Shown here one piece after another: positions 54,097 to 64,000 of a stretch of 64,000 bases of DNA. How positions within the stretch are numbered: the first letter of the stretch is position 1; the number at the start of each line of letters is the position of its first letter. The notes below the pieces were generated by a model. The model was not told where the DNA came from. It searched no databases and saw only the letters and a program-made list of their open reading frames with translations. This DNA comes from Diplonema japonicum. Its lineage: Eukaryota > Protista > Euglenozoa: Diplonemea. The translations under genes and the position numbers were made by a program. The DNA lies in NCBI GenBank assembly GCA_964019335.1, contig OZ025700.1, forward strand, positions 62,001 to 126,000, in the 5' to 3' direction.

Positions 54097-57000
54097 TCAA
54101 GCCTCAAAGTACCCCTTGTTGCCCATGTGGATAGCCACGTCAAGACGCTCTTTAAGCACCTCATAAGACGAGTAAGGAGGGAGGAGCTGTGCGTTTTTTT
54201 TTTTTTTTTTTTTTATAAATATTCTTTCCATACCAATGTGTTGAAGCAGGTCTGTGCAGAGGGGAGGAGCTGTTGCAGCCTCTCACCTGTCACAGGCTGT
54301 CCGTTGTTGTCTTCGCCTTGCGAAAGTATTTCAATGGTGAAGGCTTTACCAGCGTAGTCGCCGTCATCGTTGTTTTCCGCCAGCCCTCTGAAGCCCCCTA
54401 CTGGAAGAGTCGAGGACCCGGTGGCGAAGGTCAGCAGCTTTCTTCTCCCCTCTTCTGTCTGATCTCGCACGTATTGCCAGAACCATTGGACCACACTGCT
54501 GCTGCCTGCTCGGAGTGTTTCATAAGCTGTGAAGGCCTCCCATGCATCTGGGTCTATGTCTGCAGTCCCTGCGAAGGCAGCCACGAGGTCATCTGCGCTT
54601 AGTACGTACCTGCAAAGAAGTGATGGGGCTTCACACCAAAATCCTGACGCAAACGCTTGCAGAAGCGGTTCTACCCCTGCGGTGTACACGGCGGCCACTT
54701 TCAGCTCCACGAACTTTTCCTTGTTGTCGTTCGTGACCAATACCTCACTGCCGCCCTCCAGCAGCTGCACCTCCGTCACCTCCTCGTCCCTCACCACAGT
54801 GTGCGTGAAGGTCAAGTCCATCTCCGACACATCGTTCTCGAGCATCCATTGTAGTGACCGCATCACCTCCTGGTCTATGTACTGCACGTCGGACAGCATC
54901 AACGGGTGCGACAGCAGGATCTTATAGTACCCCTTCGCAAGTTCCATGCCCCCCACCTCGTACGAGCTTGTCAGCGCGCACCCCAGTAGCCGTCCTATCG
55001 TCGCGAACATCTTGAGAATCTCTGTTGTTGGTTCTAGTTTGTTGAACACCAACGCGCGCCGGTTGACGCCTTGCAGGGCAGACAGGAAGAGCTCCTTCTT
55101 GTGCGACGGGCTGTGGACCAGCTCTTGTGCGATGAGGCCGAAGAATTCCTTGTTGGGCCCGTCGCCGCTGCCCGGCTCGCGGGCAAACTCAACCTCGATC
55201 CCCTTTGTTGAGATGGGCTTGAGTAGGATTTTGTTGGAGATGGAGTTGTAGAAGTCGTTCCTGTCGACCTTGAGCGACATGGGGAGCAAGGACAGGTCGC
55301 TGGACTCGTCGCCGCAGGAGCATTGCTCGTCGGAGTCCTCGCTGACGGAGTCGGTGTCGCTCGAGGAGGACAAGTCGCACTCGAAGCGTATCTTCAGAGG
55401 CTGTGACAGGGACGTTTCCGGCGGCCATGATTCGTTCGTGACGAGCGTGAAAGGTTCCGTCCCACTGGGCACACGGAACCGAGGAGACGACGACCTGAAG
55501 CTCGACAGCACGTTCCGCGTGTATACCTTGACGCCCTCTATGTCACCGTCGTAGCCATACGCACTGGCAGCGTGCCACTTAAACACCTCCCACGACCCTG
55601 CACCCGTCATGTATGAGATGTGGTCGGGATCGTCGCGCAGGTTGAAGTACACGCATTCCTCACCGTTCTCTGCAGAGAACGATGGTGCGCCCTCGTCCTG
55701 CGGATGATCCAGGCTCACGACAGCAGGCTCGCCATCAACAACCATTGGGTAGTAGAAACCCGTAACCTGCTCTTGCACCATGCCATCCAGATCCCCCTTC
55801 ATGCCTACGAGCACCTCATGCCGGTAGTGTGCAGCACATGCTGGTGCTTCCTGTGCAGAGAATTCTTCTTTTCCCCTCTTTATTCCATACTTGTTCATAG
55901 CCTTTGTACGCAGGAACCTGCTGTGCCGTAACGAGCCACAGGATGCTGGGGTTCAGCACCACATCGTCGTCATCGTCGCTGGACAGCACTGGCACCGCGT
56001 TCCGGGGATAGACAAGTCGCTTCGGTGTCTGAGGTGTCTTGCCATCGACAGATCGCCCCTGCAGTGATTGAGATGGAGGACGGCATATACCTTAAAGTTG
56101 CACGTCAGCTGGTTGTACCGTCTGGGCGATGCTCCGTATGATCCGCGAAAAGCACGGCTGTTGTGTGTGAATAAGACATGGGGACCTACCTGGGTGGGGT
56201 TGCAGACTGCGTAGGGCTCCAGTCACCTTTGCTATCCCCAAGGTCATCCATCTCCATCGGCTTGACGGAGTCCTGCCATTTCTCATCGTCCCCCCATTTC
56301 CCAGCCGTCCCGAAGGACGTCCACTCTGAAGTGTTGCTGCTGGAGTCACCAAGCGAGGTGCTGGTTGTTCTCTGGTCTTCTTCGATGCACTTGAATCCCA
56401 GCCTTTGCGAGGTCACAATGCCCCAATCCTCCAGTGTGATCATCTCATGCATGGGCATCACAGCCCCACGCAGCTCGACCTCGCAGTCAAGCCTTGCACG
56501 TCGCTTCTGTCGTCTCTTCGGCTTTTGATCATGCAGCTTCGGTACAAAGTGCAATGGTGTTAGCTCCATCGTTCCTTTGTGCGCATCACGCAGGTGCTGC
56601 TGCTGCTGTCGCCCCATGTGCTCGACTTTCGAGCTTACCCACCCTTTCTTTATGACTTGTGTGAGGAGCGGCTGCAGCTGTGGATGCTTGATGAAGACCT
56701 CTAGGCCGCGCATCCCCCGTGATGTTCTGTCACCGCCGCCGTCCAACCTGCCTTTGAGCAAGCTGTAGTTCAGCTCGTGGTGCCTCGTCATGCAGAACTC
56801 GAGGAATTCAGGGTGCACTGGTAGACACATCAGCATCTGCAGCGACCCTGCCATGGTCTGTATCAGGGACGCCACGGAGTGCTCTTCGTATAGAGAGGCT
56901 GGAGGTGGGTTCCTAGCCTGCCACACAGTGTTGTTCCTGCTGCGAAGGCTCACAATCTCATGGCAGCCTCTGAAAGTGTTCCAGCTTGTAAGCCACCTCA

Positions 57001-59353
57001 ATTTAACCCCGAGGCCCAGGGTGTCTTCCTCGCTCACAGGTGTATGGTTAAACATGTCTAGCTTGACGGGGAGGAGCCTGTACCGCGGGTCTTCTGAAGG
57101 AGTTCGCCCTCGCGTCCATGACGCCCGTGACCTAGGTCGCGATCGTGCGTTGTGTATGACGCTTGGACATACGTCCTCGCAAACTGCGCGCTGAGCCTCT
57201 TCTGACAAGAGGCCTGTCAGCTCTTCGACCTCGATGTCGAGAGGCCTACTGAAGAACTCGTTAAGGGGAGATGCGTGGTGTAGTTGGTTGAGGACAGCCT
57301 TGGGAGGCGTGGCCGGGTTAGAGGCACCGTATGCGTGTGTAGGGGGCGCTTTTGCTTCGATCTTGATGGGGATCAAGATATTGCTCCCCCCAGCAACACA
57401 CATCCGGCGCAGCTTCTCGTTCGAAGCGTCACGAAAGACAACAGCAGCCTGCATCCAGTAGAACATGCAGAAGAGCAGAACGCTAAACCTATCATAGTCC
57501 TCGGGGACTTGGTTGGGGTCAGAGAGGTACTCCGAGCATGTTTTGAAGGTTGTCCATACAAGGTCCAGAGAGGTGAGGCCTCTCTGGAGATCTTCGTGTT
57601 TGACTACCAGTTCTCTGCCAAGCTGGGTAAGCATCCATATAGTGGTGCAGGAGAGGAGGAGGAACCGCTCGGGGAGGTGCCCGTCGTCGACCTGCCTCAA
57701 GTGGTGCAGAAGACACATGCCATCCTTTTGCAGCAGTTCGAGGACGCTCATTACAACGATGCACATGAAGTCTTTCGAAAGTTGCGGGCGCGTGCGGAGC
57801 GTCTCTACGCAGGGCACGTCCTTCATGGTCAGAACCACCCTCTCTTTCACAGAGCCACTCGCTACAAAGACTTCTTCGTCCAATTCTTGGAACACCGCAA
57901 GAATTCTAGCATGCATGGTCAGTACCTTTTCGGTGCTTTCTTTCCACACGTCTTCCTCAGGTACATCCTTCCGGGTCTCCCTGAAAAGCTTTGTCCCCAG
58001 CCGAGTCTGCTCTGATAGCGTATTGAAGAGAACCTTATACTCGTCTGTGATTCTTGATACCTCGCTCCCGAGCGCAGGGTCCGCCACGAGTGAGCGGAGC
58101 AACGTAAGCCGTACGGTGCCCTCATGGGTGGTCCTCCACAAAGCGAGTAGCATGTCAAGCCCGTCATCCTTCGGCGAGATCGTCGGCTTGAATGGTTTCT
58201 TTTTGTGTTCTTTTTCATGCTGCGTCATGACACGCGCGGCTCCTGTAGTTGATGAGGGGGCACCTCGCAGCACTGTGACATCTGTGCACCCCTCCGACCA
58301 TTCCAGCGGGCAGATAACTGCCTCTAATATAGCACACGTATTTTTCAATGTCCTGTAGCAGGCCATCTCCCTCTCCAGAGCGATGTCCAAGAGGATGGAT
58401 ATGTCGATCGGGCTCAGTTGTAGGGGGTACTGCGATCGCCCCATCCGTGTCGTGATCTCTTTGGAGATCTCTCTCACGAGCTCCTGTTCCTCCGTCTCGC
58501 TGATCTCTTGTAGCAGGGCCGTCACGGGTATTGACTCGAACAGATCGTTTGTCCATTTTTCATCTTCGCTCACGCAGGACTCCGACATCAAACTCCATAG
58601 CTTTGTTAGTTCCTTCTTTTTGTGAAGCTCGTTCATGAGAAGGAAGGTGATGTCTTTGATGGGCATCTGACGCCGGTCGTCCTTATCCGTGACTTCCTGG
58701 TCCCAGAGAGAATGTGCGTAGGCAACAACACTGTGGTGATGGATGGTTATTGATATTAGGGCATACCCGCATCGCGTGCTGTGTTCAGTGATGAAAAGGT
58801 CCAGTGCTTTGTCCTGGAGGAGGACGTTTATAGCCTCTCGGTAGCGCAGCCGTACTGCATAGTGTATAGGGCCTAACCCCTTGGCGTCTTGTATGTTGAT
58901 GATGTTCCGGAAACTGCTTGAAGCCGACGAGAAGCTGATGAGGTGCGCCGCACACTTGATCGAGTGGTTCACAATTGCGTGAGTGAGGGAGTGCTGGCCG
59001 TTGCAGTCCACGTGCGTTGGGTCCGCTTGATGTTCCAGTAAAAGCTTCACTGCCCCTTGTTCATTCTTCGCACAGGCATGCATCAACGCGTCCATCCCGT
59101 TGTTGTCCTGACAGTGCACACCGCCAAACCTGTTTTATTTTTTTATTTCTTTCTAACCACTGACATACTTTTCCAGTAGATCCTTCATGATCTCCACTTT
59201 CCCTGCGCTTGCAGCTTCGATTAGCCTGTCGCTGGTTGTTTTGTTCAAACTCGAACTCCGTTTGTGTCTTTTCTGCCATTTTTTACTCATCACCCAACCT
59301 ACCAGTATGATCGCATAAATGAGGTGACGTGCAGCATGCCAGCCGTAGTCCAT
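54097..59353 (-). CDS. Ankyrin-repeat plus HECT E3 ubiquitin ligase, 6-7 exons
   Basis: Introns 59130-59168, 58731-58766 (in-frame, probable), 56158-56189, 56059-56090, 55851-55890 and 54187-54233 join the ORFs into one frame. HECT motifs: VEFAREPGSGDGPNKEFF, VVQWFW, LLTFATGS, LPSAQTCFNTL|LLPPYSSYEVLKERL. Confidence 0.88.
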
Positions 59354-59398
59354 GTGCTGTCGACGTATAGGCGATGCATGAAAGTGAAGAATACAACA

Positions 59399-61345
59399 TT
59401 AGGGTACAAAGGGAGGGGGCGGGGGTGGGAGGGGGGTGAGGAACCTCTTCCCGGACGGCGCTCTGCTGGGGTAGTCTGTTGCCATGAGTAGCCTGTTCCC
59501 CATGGCAGTGTCGACAGCGGTGGCAACGGCAGTAGCGAGGGGCTGCCAGTCTGTGCACGTGTTGCACACTTGAGGCCGGCGACACTCGCGACACTTGTCC
59601 GCTTTCTCCTCGTCCCAGGGCAGCTTAGATAGGGACTGCCCTGGCCAAAACAATCTAGCTGGGTCTTGCCTGACGTATCCATCCAGCCCATATTTAGGTC
59701 GGTGTATCTGGGGCTGCCAAGCAGGTTGATAGGATCCGCGCAACTCACCCTGCGGAGATGCCTGCAGCGCCATCTGCCCCCTCATAGGTGGTTCTGGTGA
59801 CACCGATGTCATAGGACACTGCACGCCTATGGAGAGCTGCTGTTCTGTTTCACATTCGCGTTCTGAGTTACGGTCACCCAGAGGGTGAGGGAGAGGGTGA
59901 GGGTCAGTCTGAGTACCCATTGTTACTTGTTTCGCCGTCTCACGCAGTTCAGCTTGCATCTGCACTTGCACTGCCGTGGTCTCTCGCATCGGCGTCGGCT
60001 CTATAACAGGCGAAACTTGCTGTTCCGGCATGTGCATTGGCCGCAACGGTGGTGAGTTCTGAACCTTGTTCGCTGTCTCGAAGGGGCTCTCTGTAGCAGT
60101 GGACTTAAACGTCCCGAAAGGCATCTTTGCAGCCTCGTAGTGTGGTTGCAGAGCTATCGGTTTGACACTCGTGTGGGAACGAGTCCTGATGCTAGGCTCC
60201 TTCTTCGTGCGCATACAAGGCATGATGGCGCGGGGCCTCTCTGAAGTGCACACAGACCTTGCCGACTGGCCGCCACCTGTGCTCACGCTGCTTGCTGACT
60301 CCTTCTTGGTTAGATGCCCGCGTTTCACTTGTTCAGATTGTTTCGCTTGCTTGTGCACGCTTACGGGCTTGTGCTTCTTGAGCTGTTGTGTGGCTGGCTT
60401 CGCTTCAGTCACCTGGCTCTCACACTCGTCTTGTTGGGCCACAGGGCGGCTCTCATCCTGAGTGGTGCTCTCGTGTTGTTGATCAAGACGCTGTTGCTGC
60501 TCTAGTTGCTGCCGTTGCAGCTGTATCTGTTGCTGAAGCTGCTGTTGCTTTTCCCGCAACTGCTGCTGGAGCTGCTGACGTTGTTGTTGCTTTATCGACG
60601 CTTCCCGCACCTCCGGCCCTTCCTGCACAGAAGGTTCTATGTGCTGTTCACTCGGTGGACTCTGTGATGGCACAACGGGCGCACTTGACAGATGCGCAGG
60701 AGGCTCAGGGTGCTGGGAAGTTGCGAGCTGGGAAGTCTCAACAGGGTGTGAAGGTGCATGGGAATGTCCACTGGAAGGTACCGGCCGCAGTGACTGAGAG
60801 GTGCTTTTTGAATGTGGTTGTCTACCAAACTGGGCATCTATTGGATGCAGAGGCTGAATAGAGGGCGATGAGTGCGGAGGAGGTACTGCTTGTGCAGAGG
60901 GGGCTTGCGCACCGGGATCCGTGCGCGTGGAAGAAGGCGGTTTCAAGGAAGATTGCCGGACCATTGGTTCCGGGTGCGCAGATGACTGGAGGGGGAGGCT
61001 AGTAGGGGGTTGCTGTGAGTCAGGAGGGACCCGCTGCGGAGTTTGCGATGGTTGATCGCTCGGCTGGTCCAGCAGCTTCATCTTCTGCATTTGTTCATCC
61101 ACTTGTCTTTGTTCCTCCAACAGTTGTTGCTTGAGTTTCTCCTTCTGTTTCAATCTCTCCTGCTGGCGCCGCGCTCGAGGATTCATACCCGAAGCATCAC
61201 GCAGCGGCTGCTTCCTCTTCGGCGCATCAAAACGAAAAGGCGATGCCCCGGACTCCACCCTTTGCCCGCCAGCCTCTTGTTCGGCCATCTCGTAAAACAG
61301 GTCAGAAGGCCTCATGCTTTTCGCTGCTGGGGTACCATCATCCAT
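59399..61345 (-). CDS. Hypothetical Gln/Pro/Ser-rich protein with a C-terminal Cys motif
   Basis: 648-aa ORF on the cluster strand; KCRECRRPQVCNTC near the C-terminus. Confidence 0.7.
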   Translation of the reverse strand: MDDGTPAAKSMRPSDLFYEMAEQEAGGQRVESGASPFRFDAPKRKQPLRDASGMNPRARRQQERLKQKEKLKQQLLEEQRQVDEQMQKMKLLDQPSDQPSQTPQRVPPDSQQPPTSLPLQSSAHPEPMVRQSSLKPPSSTRTDPGAQAPSAQAVPPPHSSPSIQPLHPIDAQFGRQPHSKSTSQSLRPVPSSGHSHAPSHPVETSQLATSQHPEPPAHLSSAPVVPSQSPPSEQHIEPSVQEGPEVREASIKQQQRQQLQQQLREKQQQLQQQIQLQRQQLEQQQRLDQQHESTTQDESRPVAQQDECESQVTEAKPATQQLKKHKPVSVHKQAKQSEQVKRGHLTKKESASSVSTGGGQSARSVCTSERPRAIMPCMRTKKEPSIRTRSHTSVKPIALQPHYEAAKMPFGTFKSTATESPFETANKVQNSPPLRPMHMPEQQVSPVIEPTPMRETTAVQVQMQAELRETAKQVTMGTQTDPHPLPHPLGDRNSERECETEQQLSIGVQCPMTSVSPEPPMRGQMALQASPQGELRGSYQPAWQPQIHRPKYGLDGYVRQDPARLFWPGQSLSKLPWDEEKADKCRECRRPQVCNTCTDWQPLATAVATAVDTAMGNRLLMATDYPSRAPSGKRFLTPLPPPPPPFVP

Positions 61346-61463
61346 ACAATCCTTACCCCCCTCTGTGGGAGTACAACCACGAAGATGTCTATGACAGGAC
61401 TATGAAGATTGAACTCCGTTGTCTGGCTTGTAAAAGCCACACAAACACCCATAATTCAAACCT

Positions 61464-62088
61464 TCACTTTCTTTTACGCCTAGCTTCTCGTTCGGGTTTT
61501 ACTTCGATCTTGTCGACAAACTATAGTGTGTTATTTACCCTCTTCCCTTGAAATGCATACATGAACACGGCTGGCTTCCTTCGCTCGGACCTCTTTCCAG
61601 TTGTAAAGGCACTGCGGGAGGAGGTCTGTGATTCCTGTGTGGTTGTGAAAGATGGAGTAGTATGCAGGGGGTTTGCCGAAGTGGTCGGGGGCATCGGGGA
61701 GCGTGCCGTGGGAGAGGAGCAGAAGGGCGAGTACTTCATTCCCAGACCGGGCCGCAAGGTGGAGAGGGAGCATTCCTGATGCGTCCGGGATGTTAGGGTC
61801 TGCATTGCTGCTTAAGAGAACTTCAGTTACCCGCACGAAGCCCTTGTCCGTCGATACATGCAATGGGGTCCAACCCCCATACTCCTCGTGCCTTGTTACA
61901 TTGGGATCGGCCCCGTAGGCTAACACCAGTTCCAGGACGACTGCAAGACCCCTCATTGCTGCTATGTGGACAGGCGTTTCACCCAAACTATTCTGATGGT
62001 TCACATCTGCGCACCCCTCCACCACTAAGCACTGTGCTTGTTGTAAGTCCCCTTGGTTGATGGCGTGGAATAGAAGCTGGCTTGCCAT
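61464..62088 (-). CDS. Ankyrin-repeat protein, 2 exons
   Basis: GETPVHIAA, GWTPLHVS, GMLPLHLAA; the 40-nt intron 61521-61560 gives the ending FVDKIEVKPEREARRKRK*. Confidence 0.85.
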
Positions 62089-62598
62089 GCTTTTTCTTTT
62101 TTTTTTTTAGAATCGCTTTTTTCTTTTTATTTCCAGCCCTTACAAAGCCATTCCTGAAGGAGATAAATAAAGAGTCGTCGACAATGGCAAGGAGACTGAA
62201 CACAAAATTCTTTTTCTTTTTTTTTTTCTCGTTGCCCCTTTTTTCTCAAATTTGTTCAAGAAAAAAAAGGGGGGGGAGGGGGGGGGAACCTCACCGCAAA
62301 AGATCGTGGAGAGTAGGAGAAAGTGCCAGCAGAGGTGGTCGGGTGATGGGGTGGAAAGAGAATGGGCAATGGAGGGGGACAGGAGAAAAATAGTTTTCTT
62401 TTTTTTTTTCATTTCTATTCCTTTCATCCTCCGGTTTCCTTAAGTATTTTTCCCCTTCTTGGATCCCTTTTTTTTTTCTCGCCCCCCATCTCCCCCCCTC
62501 GCCCACGTGCTCTCTCTCTCTCCCTCCCCTGCAAAAATACACTTTTCTTTCATTCATTTTTTCGCTTTTTTTCTTTTTTCTTTTCCTCTCTCTGTTCC

Positions 62599-64000
62599 TC
62601 AAGGTGAATGCCAACCAGCAGGCTTGCGGAACCAAGGGGCGTTTTTCGCCAGCTTACGCATGATGAGAGAAACGTGGTACGACGCAGAGGCCTGCGTGAT
62701 GTTGAAGGGGGAGTTCAGAGCCAGACGGCGGTCTTTCGAAGGAGTGACGGGCTCTGACTGATGCCATTCTATATACGTAAGATCCCGAGAGGCCGCAATA
62801 CCAGGGTAGATGAAGGTACGGTCCACAAGGTGGTGGCCAGGACGAAGCTCAACAAGAATACCGTGCGCGGGAAGAAGGATGCTCCAGGCAAGGCCTGCAC
62901 CGTGTACACCACACACAACATCGGCGGAGCCTGCCAGCATGGCTTGCGCCATGAGGGTTGTTCTGTCATTCGCGTCACTCTTCATCACCTGAAAGCCGTG
63001 TGAGCCTGCTGCCGTGATCAGGTTCTCAATACCCACCATCTGCCGCGTTCCCTGTTTGGAGCCTTCGCCTCTCATGATCAGCAGCATTTTTGGTTTCTGC
63101 CTGTCAGCTTCGTAGATCTTGTCCCATGGTGCTGCAACAGGGGAAGCAACTTGAGGTGTTTTCTCGGCTGTGAAGTGCCCTAGGAGGTGCTTTGCAAAGG
63201 CTGTCGCCAGCTCTATATGGTACTCGTCCACCATTTTGTCCTCCCACTGCAAGAACACATTTGTCGGGGTTCCCATCACAACGTTTCCGTAGCACTGCGG
63301 CTCCGTCACCTTGGGAAGGTCCAGCGGGCAGTTTGTGAACGATTCCAACACACGGCGCACCTCAGCACCTTTGCTCTCGCCCCAACCGGCTGCCCACTGC
63401 GATTTATCACCCGCCTGGCTCAAATCCCTGTTGTTCTGGTAACCCATCAACTGGAGGATCAGTGTCAGACGTGCGTTCGTCGCGCTGAACGTCCCGTTCT
63501 GAACAAGCTGCGGGTCCGCATGGACAATGGAGCCGAAGATGTCGAGGAGCGTGTTGAGCCAGTGCCAGATGTTGTTGCCATCGACAACCCACCTGTGGTG
63601 CACCATCATGATGGTCCTACCGGAGCCGACACCGTCGTTGCCGCATGTCAATTCGTGTTGCTTTTGACAAGCCACATCGGCAGGGCATGTTTTGAGTGAA
63701 ATCCTGAACGGCCCGTCGTGGTGCGGGCAGAACTGCAGTGGGTTGGCGTCGGGGTTGTTCTTGTGCCCGAGACAGAGGCGTTTGTTGTTGATGCACACCC
63801 TGTCGGACCAGCACATGCTGCGGGGGGGCACAGTTCCTATGGTGGTCAAACGTTTCTTTGGAATAGTCCCGTGTGGGCCCATGTCACCCCACCATGAGCA
63901 TATGTCCTTGAATGGCTTAATTTCATCGGTTGCATGATGAATCCCCAGCTCGATGCTTGGAGTTGCGTGTTCACATCTTGATTCTCCAGGTGGGAAATCT
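62599..64000 (-). CDS. Glycosyltransferase family 61 protein (5' end beyond window)
   Basis: NIWHWL, LLIMR...RQM, QA....ADVVCGVHGAGLAWSILLP...LVEL; the frame stays open to the window edge. Confidence 0.85.
   Translation of the reverse strand, partial: DFPPGESRCEHATPSIELGIHHATDEIKPFKDICSWWGDMGPHGTIPKKRLTTIGTVPPRSMCWSDRVCINNKRLCLGHKNNPDANPLQFCPHHDGPFRISLKTCPADVACQKQHELTCGNDGVGSGRTIMMVHHRWVVDGNNIWHWLNTLLDIFGSIVHADPQLVQNGTFSATNARLTLILQLMGYQNNRDLSQAGDKSQWAAGWGESKGAEVRRVLESFTNCPLDLPKVTEPQCYGNVVMGTPTNVFLQWEDKMVDEYHIELATAFAKHLLGHFTAEKTPQVASPVAAPWDKIYEADRQKPKMLLIMRGEGSKQGTRQMVGIENLITAAGSHGFQVMKSDANDRTTLMAQAMLAGSADVVCGVHGAGLAWSILLPAHGILVELRPGHHLVDRTFIYPGIAASRDLTYIEWHQSEPVTPSKDRRLALNSPFNITQASASYHVSLIMRKLAKNAPWFRKPAGWHSP

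Noticed and set aside
1-64000. Spliced-leader RNA gene, tRNA genes, CRISPR array, telomeric repeats
   Set aside because: By eye I found no SL core (CAGTTTCTGTACTTTATTG-like), tRNA cloverleaf, repeat-spacer array or (TTAGGG)n tract.

Overview
Eukaryotic nuclear DNA, most likely a euglenozoan and probably a diplonemid (inference). All ~25 recognisable protein genes lie on the minus strand, as in a directional, trans-spliced gene cluster. One gene carries a BILBO1-type domain, and genes contain many cis introns, unlike kinetoplastids. Gene content: PUS7 (partial), 3 tandem secreted LVIVD-type beta-propellers, a J-like/histidine phosphatase/FYVE protein, a U-box protein, a BILBO1-family protein, TTLL, F-box, 3 purple acid phosphatases, a TSNAXIP1-like protein, ZW10, zinc-finger/ankyrin proteins, an MLO-B-box-RanBP2 fusion, a PHB depolymerase-like esterase, GT25, an SK-type K+ channel, an ankyrin-HECT ligase and GT61 (partial). 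I reconstructed 19 GT-AG introns by hand; 18 are only 30-60 nt, and several carry poly(A) or CA-rich tracts where a polypyrimidine tract is expected. The 42.7-52 kb stretch is rich in transposon remnants: a Crypton-like tyrosine-recombinase element with a T-shaped hairpin end, a decayed pogo element, several MITEs and a modular SINE/ncRNA-like repeat. Elsewhere are two copies of a 5'-truncated retroelement-like sequence ending in a hairpin plus poly(T), and an isolated 5' fragment of 18S rDNA. All calls come from reading the sequence; no searches were run.
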